Notes: generated by a model not told the origin, from the sequence alone. A stretch of 55,468 bases of DNA, filler included, from Platydemus manokwari (GCA_037951405.1; 5 parts of 5 records of this genome joined end to end with filler, not necessarily neighbours in it), one strand, 5' to 3'; counted from the whole stretch's first letter, positions 13,174 through 28,559 are shown. Made by a program: numbers and translations.

Positions 13174-14131
13174 TCTGATTGGCTAACCTTGAACATAACC
13201 AAGACAATGCATTAAATTCATTATTTTAAACAAGATCATACTATCAATGGATTATAATTTTAAGCTACTTTATACTAGGAAAATTTTAAATTTTTACTAG
13301 CTAAATTTAGAGATCGCAAAACTATCAAATAATTACAGTAGTGTTTGAATTATTTTAATTTTTTTGATTGATTACGTTTAGAGTTACAAGAAATAATAAA
13401 ATATTAATATTAATGAAAGTCAATATTCTTTATAGTAGTTATTTTAATATTAAATACGAATTTTCAAATTTATTTAGAAAATTAACATATTAATAAAAAA
13501 AATCCAAATTTTATAAAGAAACTTTTCACTATATAAATTTTAAAAAAGCTAAATAATTTCGATTAAATATTGAATAACTTACTAATTGATTTTAAAACTA
13601 GATCTTGAAAAGTTTCTAAATAGACCTAATGCTAAATGTGCTTACCGTTTTTATAGTTGCTCAAGTTAAAAAAATAAATGACCAATCAAGTCATCGACGA
13701 GAGTAATTTTGTGCGATAAAATCAAAATGGTTATTCACTGACTGAACCGTAGTCAATTGTCCAAAGTTGAGTTTCTTACTTGTGTAAATTTGTACTTTAC
13801 ATGATGTCTAACTAGTCAATCTGCGTGAATTAAGTTTAGTAAATAATTTGTCTAATATCATGATGTTAACTAAGATTAACAGTGTCTATTTCGTTAATCA
13901 AGGTTTTAAAGAATAATGAATAATTGTATTTACCATTTCGTAGGTGTCTCATTGTGTACAGAATGCAATAATCATCGATTTAAATCGATGACTTTGTTAT
14001 TACTAATACTTAAAAGTTTATAATTAAATTAACTAGTAAATTATAAAATTCAAAAACATAGATGTTTTATCTTAAGAATGGAATTAATAAAAACATTTTT
14101 AAAGTACAATATTAGTATGAAACTATGTACA

Positions 14132-14231
14132 NNNNNNNNNNNNNNNNNNNNNNNNNNNNNNNNNNNNNNNNNNNNTTAATTAATTAANNNNNNNNNNNNN
14201 NNNNNNNNNNNNNNNNNNNNNNNNNNNNNNN
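14132..14231. other. Artificial contig linker (44N-TTAATTAATTAA-44N)
   Basis: Six-frame-stop 12-mer flanked by N runs; an identical copy occurs four times. Confidence 0.97.
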
Positions 14232-14897
14232 GGAAATTACATTTTGCATTCAACTGATGAGACTAGTGTTAAGACATTTAAAAAGTCTCAGTATATCCTT
14301 ATTTTTAATAACCTTAAAGTTGAACTTTAAAGACTAATTGGAAAGAAGGTACATTATTGATTAAGAATATATATGTGTGTGAAACGTTTTGGGGTCACTA
14401 CCTTTTCTTGTCTTATTAATTCTTATTTTACGTGATCGAAATCTACGTCTTTATCAGTACTCTGAGTCCGTCTTAACCCTCAAGTAGTTATACAACTTAT
14501 ATGTTTTGATATTGCTTCGCTTCGGCGTCCTCAACTTATGTGAAGATAAGTGGAACGGTGTAGAAATTGATTTTATTGATCTTAAACTTGATGTTTGCTT
14601 CCATTATTGTACTATCTAAGTGATTGATTTTACTATCAATCTCAATTAATTTAATAATGCACTAGAATAACTTTAAAAGGTGATTAATGACAATAAACTA
14701 TTTAAAAATGAATTTATGAATTCTATAAATATCAAATGCTAATTAATATCAAAACTATTTTTAACACCTAAATATGTATTAGCAATTAAATAACAAATTC
14801 AATACTTTTATACATTTATACAAAATTTAATACTTTTATACAACTATAATTTTTTAACCTACCTATATACACATAAACGTTGAAATATATATACAAT

Positions 14898-15110
14898 TCA
14901 GGGAAGCAGATTGTGGGTCAACGAAATCCTTCGTAATATGTGTGTCAGTGTTCGTCTCAAGAAGGTTTTTCGAGCACGGCTCGATAAATTGGAAGAATAG
15001 GCAATGTAAATAATTTAATATATGATTTTAAATGTATTATTTTACTGTTTGTTCTTCCAGTAGAAAATACTGGGCATGTCCTAAACCGGGTCCCGGCAAA
15101 GAAAGGTGTT
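14898..15110 (+). mobile_element. Decayed 3' end of a CR1/L2-like LINE
   Basis: Translation ...KKVFRARLDKLEE* resembles the FK.RLDK C-terminus of CR1-type ORF2; upstream frame is disrupted. Confidence 0.4.
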
Positions 15111-17488
15111 AGATATTATGTAATGGGTCTTTTGTCTCTGTATTGTTTGTTGTGTCTTTTAATGATTGCGGTTACTGCCTTATATAGGCAGCGGTGAGTC
15201 ATTCACGGATATTCTTTGTGAATTTTATTTAATGCAGTTCGTATGTTTAATACACTATGATTTATCGTGGTAGAGAGAAATTCTCTGCGATTTAATGCAT
15301 GGTAATTTATTGTATTTAATGCATGGATATTAATTTATTATAGCTGAATATTTTATTCACTGTGCGCGATAACTTATTTTGCTTGATTATTATATGGATA
15401 AATTCACAACATGTGTTGTTTTAATTAGTGAATTTGTTATAAGGATTATAATTTTATTATATCAATGCCAAGTTTCTTATTAATTATAGGGATTATAAAT
15501 TGGGATTAAAATTATATATTATATTGTATTATACTATATAATATATTCCCGTTGGTCACAAAATTTCCCATTAATTTTCATAAAAATGTTTTCACACAAT
15601 AATAAAAATTATACATTAATGCATTCAATTACTGTTGGATTAAAAATTGTCATAGGCCTCAAAACCCAACATATATTTAAATCTATTAAACACCCCTTGA
15701 TCAAAATTATTCCCGATTCACAAATAAAAATTTAGTTTTGAATATAATATCTAATATTGAGATTGAATAAAAGAAATAAAGAAAAAAAACAGAGACCATC
15801 TTAGTTTTTAACATTGCTAGTAAAAGAAATTTACTGTTCATTATTATATTATACTGCATTTCATTTAGATATTTATTTTTTTCGTATTTTGTAGTCATGT
15901 TAAAGATTTTTCTTAATTAATCAATATTTAATGCTTTGTTAGTAGTGTTAAGATTATTACTAAAACTAAATACTCAAGAATATAGTTGTAAAATTTCATA
16001 TAAAATTAATAAGATCGTGACCACACAACATTCAAAAATTATAAATCAAAGTTACTCGGAAAAAGAAAATTTTCCAAAAGTCAAATGTCAAATCACAGTG
16101 GGTTCAGCCTTTGAAAAATTAAAAAATAGTAACAGAAGCTACTGAGTGTAAAAGACTGGAAGTCGTTTAAGAGAATTAACTCCTTATATAAACTTACAGT
16201 ATGTTGACTTTTTATCTTGCAGCTTTTCTTTTCATTTGTTAAAACCGTCTAAAGACTAGCCTATTAACAAATTTCCTTTTGTCTCTTATGTTATTGGTGT
16301 ATTTCAAAGTTCGATGTCAGGTTTCTCCAACTGACAATGAAAATCGAATCAAAGATCGATAATGTGAGGAGATGGATTTACTACTGTCACATATATATAT
16401 CGTGCTTGTCTGTATCGACCCCTTTGAGGTTTTAGTTTTGTTTTCTTTAATTGTTTTTGATCGATTTTGTTATATACTTCACATTACAGATATAGATCAA
16501 AATTAAATTGCCTTCGTCATTAAACATCAAAGGGAAAAAATAATTATAATTCACAATAACAAAAGCAAAAAAAATAGTATTTACGACAATGATTAAGAAG
16601 TAAGAACTTTACAAGTAATCTTTAAATTATTAACATTTTTATCAAGCTTTTTAAAGTGTTGACTGCCAAGAACAATAATGTAGAGATCAAGTTATGTAAC
16701 TGACAGATTAACATCTTATGTTAAATATAAAAATACCGTTTAAATTACGAATAGTAATCCTTTAACCTTATTTTATTATAATTAATTTTTGTCTATGATT
16801 TGATTTTATATTTAATTTTTTTTAATATTTTCTGAGATATACATAACTATGAATCTTAAAACATGTGATTTATGGATCACTTGAAACCCCAATCAACTGC
16901 GCAGATTTTTTCTGAGGCCTGAAAGTCGTTGAAACTCTTGTTTTATTAATAAATGAGTTATTATTATTTCCACTTAAACTTGTTCGTAAAGATATGATAT
17001 TTAGGAAATATTAATAATAATAATCCCTCTATTTAAAATGATTCCAAATCAAATTTCGGAAACGCAATCAATTATTTTTAAAAGAATTATATAAGACATA
17101 CATACAACAGGAAAACAGTTAATAACTGTGTCAACAAAAACTAAAATTTCAACAATTATCAGAGATTCTTGTTTAAAAATTATAATTACGAAATAAAGGT
17201 TTTTGGATTTCTATCGAAATACCTATCATATGTGGATATTGTTTACCTTCTAAGTATGTATTTGTATTAAAATAATCAGCCAAGATAATCAAATTATCAT
17301 CCACTACATACATGATGAATTACTTGTATGAATTCGTTAGATTGACTAATTAAAAAAATTATAACAAATAATCCGTTTTCTGTTCACAGATTATAATAAA
17401 TTTTTGTATTAAATTAATAATTTTTATTGATTAAATTATAATTAAAACAATTAATCAATATTTTATCAAATTTCATCGTAATTTATAA

Positions 17489-19125
17489 ATGGTTAGATTA
17501 TTTAGCTATCAAATAATTTTCTTTTACACGATAATTATTTATTTATTTAAGAAAGAAATCATAAGTGTTTACGTAGGTCAAGCCGGAGTTCAGTTATCAA
17601 GTGCATCTTGGGAATTATTTGCTGCAGAACATAATATAGATATTAGTGGTTTGGTTAATGAAAATATCGATGAAAACTTCCCGGGAATTGACAGACTCTT
17701 CTATATAAATTCCAGACAACAAGCTATCCCGCGATGTATTTTGATTGATACGGAACCGACGGTTATTGGTATGTGAATAATTTGTTTAGGTAATAAAAAT
17801 AAATAAAGTATATAGATGAAATACGAACTGGACCGTATAAACAATTTTTTAGTTCTATGAACTTATTAAATGGACCTGAAGACTCTTCCAGCATTTTCGC
17901 CAGAGGTTATTTTTCTCACGGTCGTCATTATATCAATGAATTACTACAAAAGTTTAATCATCAACTTGAAGTTGCCGATTGTTTGCAAGGATTGGTCTTT
18001 GTTCATTCTCTTGGAGGAGGAACTGGCTCTGGGCTTTATTCTCTTATTCTGGAAGAACTTGTTCATTATACCAAAGCAACCAAAATTAATATATCAGTTC
18101 ATCCATCATTTTCAAGTTCCCAAATAATTGTAGAACCATACAACAGTATTTTATCAGAACATTATTCTATTGATGATGCCGACATTAGTTTCATGGTTGA
18201 TAATGAAGCTTTATTCAGAATAGCAAAAGAACAATTATTAATTAATCAACCTTCCTATGCTGCTATCAATAAAATTGTTGCTCAAGCTCATAGTTTAATA
18301 CTGTCATCTTCAAGGTACGGTAATAATAGTTGTACAATCTCTGAAATTCTTCATAATCTTGTACCTTTCCCACGCATTCACAATCCCATGTGTAGTCTAT
18401 CACCATTAAGAAGTTATGAACAACTTCAACACTCTATTAATAATATTGATTGTATTACTCGTGATGGGTTATCCACTAAAACTCAATTACTTAGCTGTGA
18501 CCCCATGGAAGGCAAATTCATGGCTTGTTGCTTAATGTACAGAGGTAATGTTAATTCTGGAGACGTTTACGAAGCTATTCGAAAATTGAAATGTCACGAA
18601 AATTTGAAATTTGTTGATTGGTGTCCCACTGGCATAAAAGTGACCCTTTGCTCGAAGTGTCCGTCATTTATTGAGGGAAGTAAAATAGGACCAACAGATC
18701 GAATGTTAGCGGTTGTCTCTAATAACTCTTCCATTACTGACCCATTACTTCACAATACATTTCGGTTTCAAGTCTTATTTCAGAAACGAGCTTTTGTTCA
18801 TTGGTATGTTGGTGAAGGAATGGAAGAAGATGAATTTAAAGATTCATTAGAGAATCTGGCATGTTTAATCAAAGATTATGAGGAATGTACCCTATCACTG
18901 AAGTTATTATCAGAATTACCCCTAAATGCACATAATATGTATGACAGGGATGAGTTCAATGATAATTCGATTGTAGCTCATATCGAAAATGCCTCGAATC
19001 CATTGGATAATGACATCTCAACCCCGAAGGATGATGAATTTGATCAAATCAATAATGAAAATGATAAAGAATCTTCAATCATATCTCAGAATGCAATGTT
19101 TGACAACATTAATTCCAAACAGTAG
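17489..19125 (+). CDS. Divergent alpha-tubulin, about 509 aa, with acidic C-terminal extension
   Basis: Exons 17489-17491 (ATG only), 17552-17768, 17816-19125. Motifs GQAGVQ, DTEPTVIDEIRTG, HSLGGGTGSG, VEPYNSIL, NLVPFPRIH, FVDWCPTG, KRAFVHWYVGEGMEE. Introns after the ATG and in PTVI-D are typical of animal alpha-tubulins. Confidence 0.93.
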
Positions 19126-19499
19126 AAAACAGATAAAAATATTTTCCCCATTTTTGTGCCTATTATTGTTATCAATCAGCCTTTCTCTGACCTATATATA
19201 CACATACATGTCATTGCTTGTATTTATTTCGACGTTTATGACTTCCATAAATCAAAAAGCTATTTGCAGAAAATATTTCATTGTAATGATTTAATATTCT
19301 GTCATTAAAATTGGATATGTTTATATAAATAAAATAATATTTTATTTATTTTGAAATTGTCGATATTTTAATGAATTATGTCTAAAATTTTGACAAAGAA
19401 AACCTGATATTTAAATTTAGAAAATCATAAATATTAGCGATGGCTTTATAGTTTAAATTGATCAGGATTGTGCCCTTGATTATGAAAGTGGTATAAGTC

Positions 19500-20960
19500 A
19501 TATATTTCTTGTTTGGAGATATCAAGGGATTTGCATTTTAAAGAATTAAAAAATATTTGTGTATTATGGAATGAAATATTTAGACAATTAATTATCGCCG
19601 GTAAATCAGCATTTAATATGATTGTGAAATTTATTATCATTTTGAAATGGAAATTTGGTTTTGAACGGTTGAAATAACTTATGCCACTTTCATAATAAAG
19701 GGCTCAATTATCATTTTCACTCATCAAGCTTTTAAAAAATATTATTGTAAAATTTCATTGTAATGATTTTTACAAATATTAATTAATTTTTCAATATTTC
19801 CTACAATAACCAGTGTTGGTAAATTCTATTGCTAACTTATTTATTCCATTATTCTAATATTGAAGTCCGCTTGCTGAGAAATATTACATAATCATTTATA
19901 TCGAAAGAAATTAAAAAGCATTTCAAATTCTCTGAGACCCTTAAATGAGGAAATCTCATCTTCCACATTACGTTTTTTTAAAAAATTTCCCCTGTCTTAT
20001 TTAACATTAATCATCATTCTTTCTGATTCTTCGTTCTCTAAGAATGCCTTATCCCTGCAACTTTTCAATTTTAAAATATATTTTCAAGTCCTTGACTGTT
20101 AAGTGTAGTCTTAATGTTTTCAGAATATCGATTTATCGTTTTACTTAATCAGCACGTCTCTATAGTTTATCATTCTCATTTGTTTTGCTCCAACATTCAT
20201 TATACTACTTGTATGCATTATGTTATCGGATCTTTCTCTCGATTATTCCTAATTTACATATCTGCTGGGATAATCTCAAAACAGCTGAGGGTATTATTTT
20301 CGTCTAATATGTCCTTTTTACTTTATATCTTTTTAAAGAGCCAAAATATTTACACACAATTTAATATTTAATGGACTTTCGTAACATTGGTGGGTATTCC
20401 TGTGTTGTTGCAGCTGTGAAAATTTTATTATTAGACTATATCGGTATATGGCATTGTTTTCTCTCAATTGAGTTTCTGTGAATATTATGGTGACTGGAAA
20501 AAGAGCTATCTTAACAATGTTATTTCCATGCATATGCTAAACCTCAAATGTATGACGTTATCTTTATGTTATATCTAAGGATTATGGTGGCTTCCGAATC
20601 TTTTTGGACTCTACTACTGCTTCCGTATGATACTGTACTAAATTGTACCAATTGCTCAGCTATATATAATTACCCCATCGATAAATATGAAACTAAGAGT
20701 TGTGTTGAGCTTCTTTGATACGTATTTGATACTTTCGTTAATTTGCCCCACCAATTTTGCTTCTTTTGGTTCCTGGTATGTGAGGTTGTTCAATTCTAGA
20801 ACATCATGAAGTGTGGTGATTTCATTATTCTTTCCAGCTACTCTGCACAAAGAATATATTGATGCGTCTTCAACAACTTTGTCAGCGAAAAGACTTTCGG
20901 TCAAATTGGCTGGCAACTAAATTGAATATCATTAAAATATTGAATCCCTTTTGTTGGAAA
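19500..20960 (-). mobile_element. Highly decayed hAT-like transposase remnant(s)
   Basis: Fragments SLFADKVVED...ELNNL...KLVGQ and IVKIALFPVT...TQLR resemble hAT catalytic and C-terminal dimerisation motifs; many stops. Confidence 0.35.
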
Positions 20961-23900
20961 ATAACGAATATCTTTTTCCACACAATAGAACAGCCCGCAT
21001 TAAAAATAAAATCATTTGAAATAAATTAAAAAGAGCTGATATTTCGATGGAAAATCAACTCCAATAAAATCAGTATAAATAGGCCTTTAAAATCAAGACC
21101 CTTGCCGGAGACCACTGGTCAAGTGTGCCCAATTATCAAAAGCGTCAATTATTCGAATTCGTTAGCCGTAGAAAGCCATGCCAATTTCCCTTGAATCAAT
21201 CATATGCCCACTTCATCTGGAAGATTTTTGTTCTGATTGATTGGATCCGAGAGATCGAGAAGCCATTAGTAAACTACCATTACTGTAAAATCATCGATAA
21301 TTTATATTGAATCGCATATGCTTCCTATTTATTGGGTTGATCCCAAATATCTTGAATAATCGGTTCTAATCCTCTTGAGAACATTGTTAACCGGAACTTT
21401 GTCCAGATTTATAAAGTTTTCTGTACGTTTGAGTGTATACAAGTATTGTTCATATTTAACCATAGCTAATTGCATAAAAGTAGTAATTTATATTGCAATT
21501 TTTATATTAATAAAGGTGTATCGCAACAAAGAAGTTAGTTCTGAATTCGGCAAGTGCCCTAAGTGTCACATAATTGTTTATAATTATCACTGCATTGTCA
21601 TTTCATTACCTTTTTAGAAGGGTCTAAAGAGGCTAAAATAAATAATAAATTGAGACTCATAAATAATAAAGCAATATCATTGAGCCGTTCATCTCGTATT
21701 CATACGAGGAATGAAACGACCAAGGCGAAGGAAGGTGACAAAATGATAGGTTTAATTGATACCTGGGATTATAATAACTCCGTGAGACTGATTAGACTCT
21801 GATATTGCACAAAAGAATTCAAATAGCATCAAAGAAAGTAAGAACAAATAAAACCAAACCCCAAATCTACCACTACATACTGAAAAGTATATTTTCAATT
21901 ATCAGAAAGACTGAACTTGATATATAACGAAGAATCAAATGTTGCAATATGTGTGTCACTAACACGCTCTAATCAGTTTGAATACAGCAACTCTAAATCT
22001 TGACAAAAGTTTCATAATTAATATAGCAACATGGCAGTTGCTCTTTTTGTACTTAAATTTTGTGTGTAATTTTTGTATCACGTTTTTATTTGACTTTTTA
22101 CTGCCCAAAATCAAATTGAAATTATTGATTTTGTGTACTCTGGATTGATCAATTCATATATGTGTGATACTGTGTGGCTATGCCCATTTTTAGAATTAGA
22201 ATTTTCAATTAAGTCTTCTGTGATTAGTTGGTTGCCATGCATGTGTGATTATGTAGTCATGAAAATGCTTAAAGTGCTCAAATAGGAGTTCCAAGGTGCT
22301 AAATCGTTTTACTTCTTGTGAGATTTCATCTTTATTGTGAGATTTTTGATATGGTTTTTGCTGATTATCAATTGATAACTTTTACGGTTTTTATCGATGT
22401 CCATTTTTCGGTAATTGATATATATATATATATATATTAGTCTTTTTGAAATAAAATAAGCAAAATCTGATTTTCGATGTCTAGGAAAATCAGATCAAAA
22501 GTGTAACGGACGGATCAAAGAAGATAAATAAATTCTTTATTCAATGCAGTGACAACATAAAATTGAAAAATATAAACAACATTTTATGATGTCAAAATTA
22601 ATCAAGACAACAATATAATTTGATTAATATTAGTAATATTATTAACATAAAATTATTATTAATAAAATTTAATGTAAATTTAATCGTGGATATCAAGGTT
22701 AAAATAAAATGATTAAATTACATCTTTGATAATATTCTGTCCTTCGATTTCATTTATGATGAAGATTAAAATTGCTAAAATATGTGCCTCTGGCAATGGA
22801 TGTAGAAATTTTTCCAATATTTTCACAATATTTTCCTATATTTACATTATACATTTATTTTATATATAATTGGTCCATTGATTTTAATAACATTCGCTCG
22901 AGATTGCTTTAAAGTGATTGGCTATACTTTGACAGCTATAATGATTTGTAATTATTAGTTTGTCAAGATTATTAAACTATTTCGAGGATTTTTAGTCCAT
23001 TTTCATCACAATATAACAACCCCGAGTATTGAATAATTTGAATTATAGCTGAGTAATTTGTTTTCAAAGGCTTCATGAAATCAACAGCTTCGTACTGTTA
23101 AACAGAATAAATGATTAATACGAACATAGCGGGAAATAGTGGTCACCATATTCGAAGCACAAATATATTTAATAATCTAAAAACCAAAAGGAATAAAGCT
23201 TAAAAATAAATTCAAGTCTTAGTAAATTAAAATTCATTGGTCACTGTCAAAAAACGTATAAATAGTGCAACAATTCAATCAGAAAATCACACCAAAAGTT
23301 CAGTTAAGCTTATTAGTGAAATGAATCAGCATTAAGATGAAATTTAATTGAATTAAAAGTAAAGTCAAATTTTTAACACACTTAAAATGAATTTGGTTAA
23401 AGACTATAGTGTGGTTCAAGAGTTTAGAATTTTGTTAAAAAGTTTAGAGTGAAATTGTGCCCCGACATCTTATCAATAATTGATTAGAGCATTACAGAAT
23501 AAACAGGAGTGATCATATAATAATATTTTATGTGAGATCATGGTAGAGTTCATTTGTCCTGGTTGCAAAGTTCACCACATCATGAAGAAAACCATGTATT
23601 AAAAACCATCCATAGGCTATAGAATTAATCATACTTTTACATTCAATTTTTAGATCAGAGGAAAATTCCCAAGAAGATGGGTTTTGTTATTGTTTGCTAT
23701 TATTTCCTATTCTTATAGATTTTTAGCACAAATTTTTGATGAACTACGTGATGACTGCGAAACTGCGATTGAGGATTTTGAAGTGTGTTCACAGCGAACC
23801 AATGAATTCCAGTGCTATTCGGAGCTTACTTAAACAAAATCAACTGCAGAACGAAAAATTATTTCCCGCTGTGTACTAGTGAAGAACGAGAAATATCTTT

Positions 23901-24959
23901 GTTCTGTAATAAATCTTTACAATTTCTCTTATACAACATTGTAAAATTAATACTAAACAATAGGAAGCCATTGAGATCAGCTGTTCTTTGGTTGGTCCTC
24001 ATTGCATTTTGATCAATTATTGTGTAATATATTGTTGATGTAATTTTGTGATAATTTTTTATCAACAAATTCTAACTAATATAAAATGATAAGATTAATT
24101 CTAACAGAACTCTTTCTTTTGGATTTGTTACGATATTTTACTGACGCTAAATATCAAAATTATAATTAGTTATCACAATATTTAACTGAAACCAAAAAAT
24201 CAAAATCACCAAAATCATATAAATAATCAACAATAATGTCAGATATAACTTTATTATATCGTATTAAATAGAATTACTTGATAAAATATTATATACGCAA
24301 CTCAGAATGTATTGTCTTGTCTTTATAATATATCAGAAGATAAGGTTAATACAAAAGAATCAAACAATTAATTAAAACTAAATTTTTGACTAAGATCACA
24401 CATTTATCATGAGTAAAGACAAAGATGGTGACTAATTTTTTTATTAAAGATTAAGTTAATAAAAGACTAAGCACAAATTGAACTCATTAAGTCCCCCAAT
24501 ATACGGAGCTTCAGTGCTGAATAAACCTATGTTCTTCAGTGAAGTGACTGATTTCGAGCAAGTTGGAAATTTCGCTGATATAATAAATCAAGATTGATTA
24601 TTACAAATTTTTTTGCATCAAATTTTATCAAGCAACTATAGGCAAAATTACATCAAATTAAAAATTGAAATTAAAATTAAATTAAATAAAAGATTCACTA
24701 TAATTCACAATAAAACTTAAATTGTATTTGAAAATATTTTATATTTATGATAAATTATACTGTAACAAAATATCTGAACTACAAAAGTTAACAGTGATCA
24801 AAGTAATTCAAAGTGCCTTTCAAGGTATATATAGGATAATTCACTTGAATTTAAAATAAGTTATTTAAATTTGCTTTTCTTTTGTTTAGTTTTATTAAAA
24901 ATACACGTTTTTTTGTTTTAAAACTTAGAATTACTTTTAGTCGAAAAGTTGAAATTAAG

Positions 24960-25638
24960 ATGGAATTTGGAAACTTAAAAATCGATATTGGTATGTCCAA
25001 GTTGAACGATTATCTTTTTGATAAAAGTTACATCAATGGGTTAGTTTACTTTATTCATTGTGATTATTTTATGTCGATTTCATAGATACACTCCATCTAC
25101 TGCTGACGTTGAAGTTTTTAACTCATGTGGCACCATCAAGGAATGTTACTTCCACGCTCTACGTTGGTATAATCACATCAAGTCTTTCACTGATGCCGAA
25201 AAGAAAGCTTTCCGTCAAGCTGTAATTGAAGCCGCTAAGAAGCAAGAAGAAGAAGAGGAAGAAGTTGATCTCTTCGGATCTGATGATGAAGAAGATGAGG
25301 AAGCTGCCCGTATTAAACAAGAAAGATTGGATGCCTATGCTGCCAAGAAGGCAACCAAACCAGCTCTTATTGCTAAATCTTCAATCACACTCGATGTTAA
25401 ACCATGGGATGATGAAACTGACATGGCTGAATTGGAAAAATGTGTTCGTTCAGTTGTATGTGACGGTTTGTTGTGGGGTGCTTCTAAATTGGTTCCAGTC
25501 GGTTATGGAATCAAAAAGTTGCAAATTCTTTGCATCGTTGAAGATGACAAAGTCGGAACTGACTTTTTAGAAGAAGAAATCACTAAATTTGAAGATTTCG
25601 TCCAATCTGTCGATGTTGCTGCCTTCAATAAAATATAA
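24960..25638 (+). CDS. EEF1B2: Translation elongation factor 1-beta (210 aa)
   Basis: Exons 24960-25039 and 25086-25638. Motifs [84 protein letters not shown]. Confidence 0.97.
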
Positions 25639-25859
25639 ATAAGTCATAGTTTATTTGGATTATCAAATAAAATTTGTCAGTTGTACATTTAATTATTTAA
25701 TCTAATCTATAAACGATGGTTGTATCAATCTATTAATTTTCCAAAACTTTCACTGGTGCAAATTTAGTTTTATTGTAATTTGATTTTATTTATAATTAAT
25801 CTTTAATGAACTCAAATCAGATATCATTGTTTAGTAGATATTATTAAACTGATATTACT

Positions 25860-25959
25860 NNNNNNNNNNNNNNNNNNNNNNNNNNNNNNNNNNNNNNNNN
25901 NNNTTAATTAATTAANNNNNNNNNNNNNNNNNNNNNNNNNNNNNNNNNNNNNNNNNNNN
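25860..25959. other. Artificial contig linker
   Basis: 44N-TTAATTAATTAA-44N. Confidence 0.97.
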
Positions 25960-26539
25960 AAGCATAACTTTATAATATGAATAAGCCTGATATAAATTTT
26001 AATACTTGATTTATTGACTTTTATGCTTTATTGTTAATTTTTAATCAAATTAAATTCATCTTTTTTAGATTATTAGTAAGTATATCTGAGTATGTTAAGT
26101 ATCTTCTTAAATTTAAACAAAATAATAATATTTGAATTACTTTGATTGTTTAATTGTAAAATTCCATAGTTAGTAAAAACATCGTCTGCCTGCATCAAAA
26201 ATTTATTGTTTCCAAAAAATAACACGCGCCTCATCAAATATTCAAACAAATCCAAATATCTAATATTTACCTAATTTACCTCTCAGGTTGTTTTTGAGAT
26301 CTTTTTTAGCCACTTAATTCTTCGAGGTTTTGGCTATCTCTGGAAATCAAGAAGCACTTGATGTGAGCTAAAAAATTACTTTCTTCTTCATCTTGTGTAG
26401 TTCTTTCTTTACTAAATCTGCTTCTCCAACCGCGAAAATTCTACAACTTCTTTTTTAACATCAAATTTCCTTAAATTTGTGGTTACTGATTTTTGTTGGT
26501 TTTCGGTATCATTGATGATCTAGTCGTGGTGACTTAGCT

Positions 26540-26880
26540 AATTTAATAGTAACCCATCCTTATTAATTCGTCGTCCAAATAATATTTCAAAAAGAGAACT
26601 GAGCTTTCATATGTTGCATTGATGAAAAATTCTATCCGAGGTATTAATTTATCCCAAGCCCGTTTCTCTTATGCCAGTTTTGTTACCGCCATATCTCGGA
26701 CTGTCATAGTCATCCTTTCGGCTAAACCATTTGCCTAGTGTAGGTATGGGGAGGTCAATTCCGAAACGTATGGCTATTTCTTTCATTTCCTTTCCCTCAG
26801 TACCAATGTTATGGATCCAATTATCGAGGGTAGACTTGGAAATTCTGATATCGTCTTGGCAAATAAGTGACATTAAGCTT
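26540..26880 (-). mobile_element. Pogo/Tigger-like transposase N-terminal HTH remnant
   Basis: KEMKEIAIRFGIDLPIPTLGKWFSRKD resembles the psq/CENP-B-type HTH; premature stop follows. Confidence 0.4.
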
Positions 26881-28559
26881 ACTAGCTTACTGAAACTATC
26901 TACAGTAACCAGCGATTACTTGGTTTTAGTCATAAATCCCTCAAAATGCGCAACATCAACAACCATCTGTTTACCAACTCCAAAGTTTACCTTTCTACAA
27001 AAAAATTCGCAAAGGATCCCCAGTGCCTTAATCGTTAATTAATATTAAAATCAGTAGTTATACTACTTCGTAAGGCATAATACAATGCCGATATGAGAGA
27101 ACATTTCATTTCTTAAATTTATAAGAGTTTATTTTAGAAATAGGATCATTCGGCTTATTTTATTATTAATAAATTAAAAATAATTATACAATTTATAAAT
27201 ATTTTACACAATCCTTCGTCGAAAATAAGGTTTATTATAGTTACCAACTACATTCTACAAATGCGGCAACTAACAATATTTTTACAAATAATGTTTCTAC
27301 TTAACATAACATGTCTGAATTGCACAAAATGTAATATTAATTAATAAACTTTTTGCTATGATCCGCAACTAATTCACTCATTTAAATAGACATTCAGATT
27401 TAGTTAAAAGACAAAATTCCATTTTATAAATGTCCATTGACAGTTTGGATGATTAATATATTCAATATACCTCAGTTAGTCGATTTTGAATGAACGGGGT
27501 TTAGAAATTACTAAATATGCAAATAAAGCTAAAAGGCCGGGAAGCATTTGTTAGAAATCTAGAACTAATTGTTTTTGAAAAAGGAATATTTTAAATAAAA
27601 CAAAATATTAAAGTTTCACAATTTTAAATTTTTTGTTAAGAAAATTCGAAATATAATCAGATAAATGATGTCAATAAATTGATTGGTAATTAATCCTCAT
27701 TAATCTACAGATTATACAAAATCAACTATCAGAAATATTAAGTTCAATTTGCAATTATGATTTTAAAAATAATTAAAACCTATAGCACTACAACTACCGT
27801 CTATTAAGAACACATACGATTTATGTAACTCAAATATAGCACTCAGATTAAAATTGGTTTAAAAATTTAAATAATGGTAAATGACTAAATTTACTGACAT
27901 TTTCCAAATCAGTTAAGAATTCATCCTACACTAACCGTTAAATATCAAACTCATTAAAAGAATTTAAGGAAAATATACGAAATATTTACGCAATCCCATA
28001 AGTTTCGATTATACACGAAGATTTTATAATGGAAGTAATAAACATTAATAGCCAATTACTTCATATTTTACTTGTTTTAGCAGATGACGTCTGATCATAA
28101 TAATGAATAAGCATGTATTTAATTAAATCGTTTAAATATGCATTAGATATTGTGAAAAAATTGTTTAATTACCAAAATTTAATGAAATTGATGTCAAATA
28201 TGGACGAACAGATCAAGATCTTTAATATATTATTGCATATTAAATAATATAATCCGGAACACTTTCTATAAAATTTTAAGCTTTGTAGAGAAAATCTATA
28301 AACGAATTTATTTTCAATGTTACAAATAATTAATTAATAACCTAATTATTCAATTTATCGACAAAAATATCATTTTTATTTGCTTTTAGATATCTCAATG
28401 ATAAGGAATAATCTTAGTTATTCAAAACTTTTATTAAATATTTGAAAGTATTAAATTGAATGGTTTACGGAAAGAGTGATATGTAGTCCAATTTATGCAT
28501 AACCAAGATTATTTTTTATGATTCCCAATGATTGTTGAAATCCAATACAATGTTGAGAA

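Noticed and set aside
14176-14187. TTAATTAATTAA palindrome repeated four times, as a biological element
   Set aside because: Always embedded in fixed-length N runs; an assembly spacer.
17492-17551. Apparent signal peptide on alpha-tubulin (MVRLFSYQIIFFYTIIIYLF)
   Set aside because: It is a 60-nt intron at the conserved post-ATG position.
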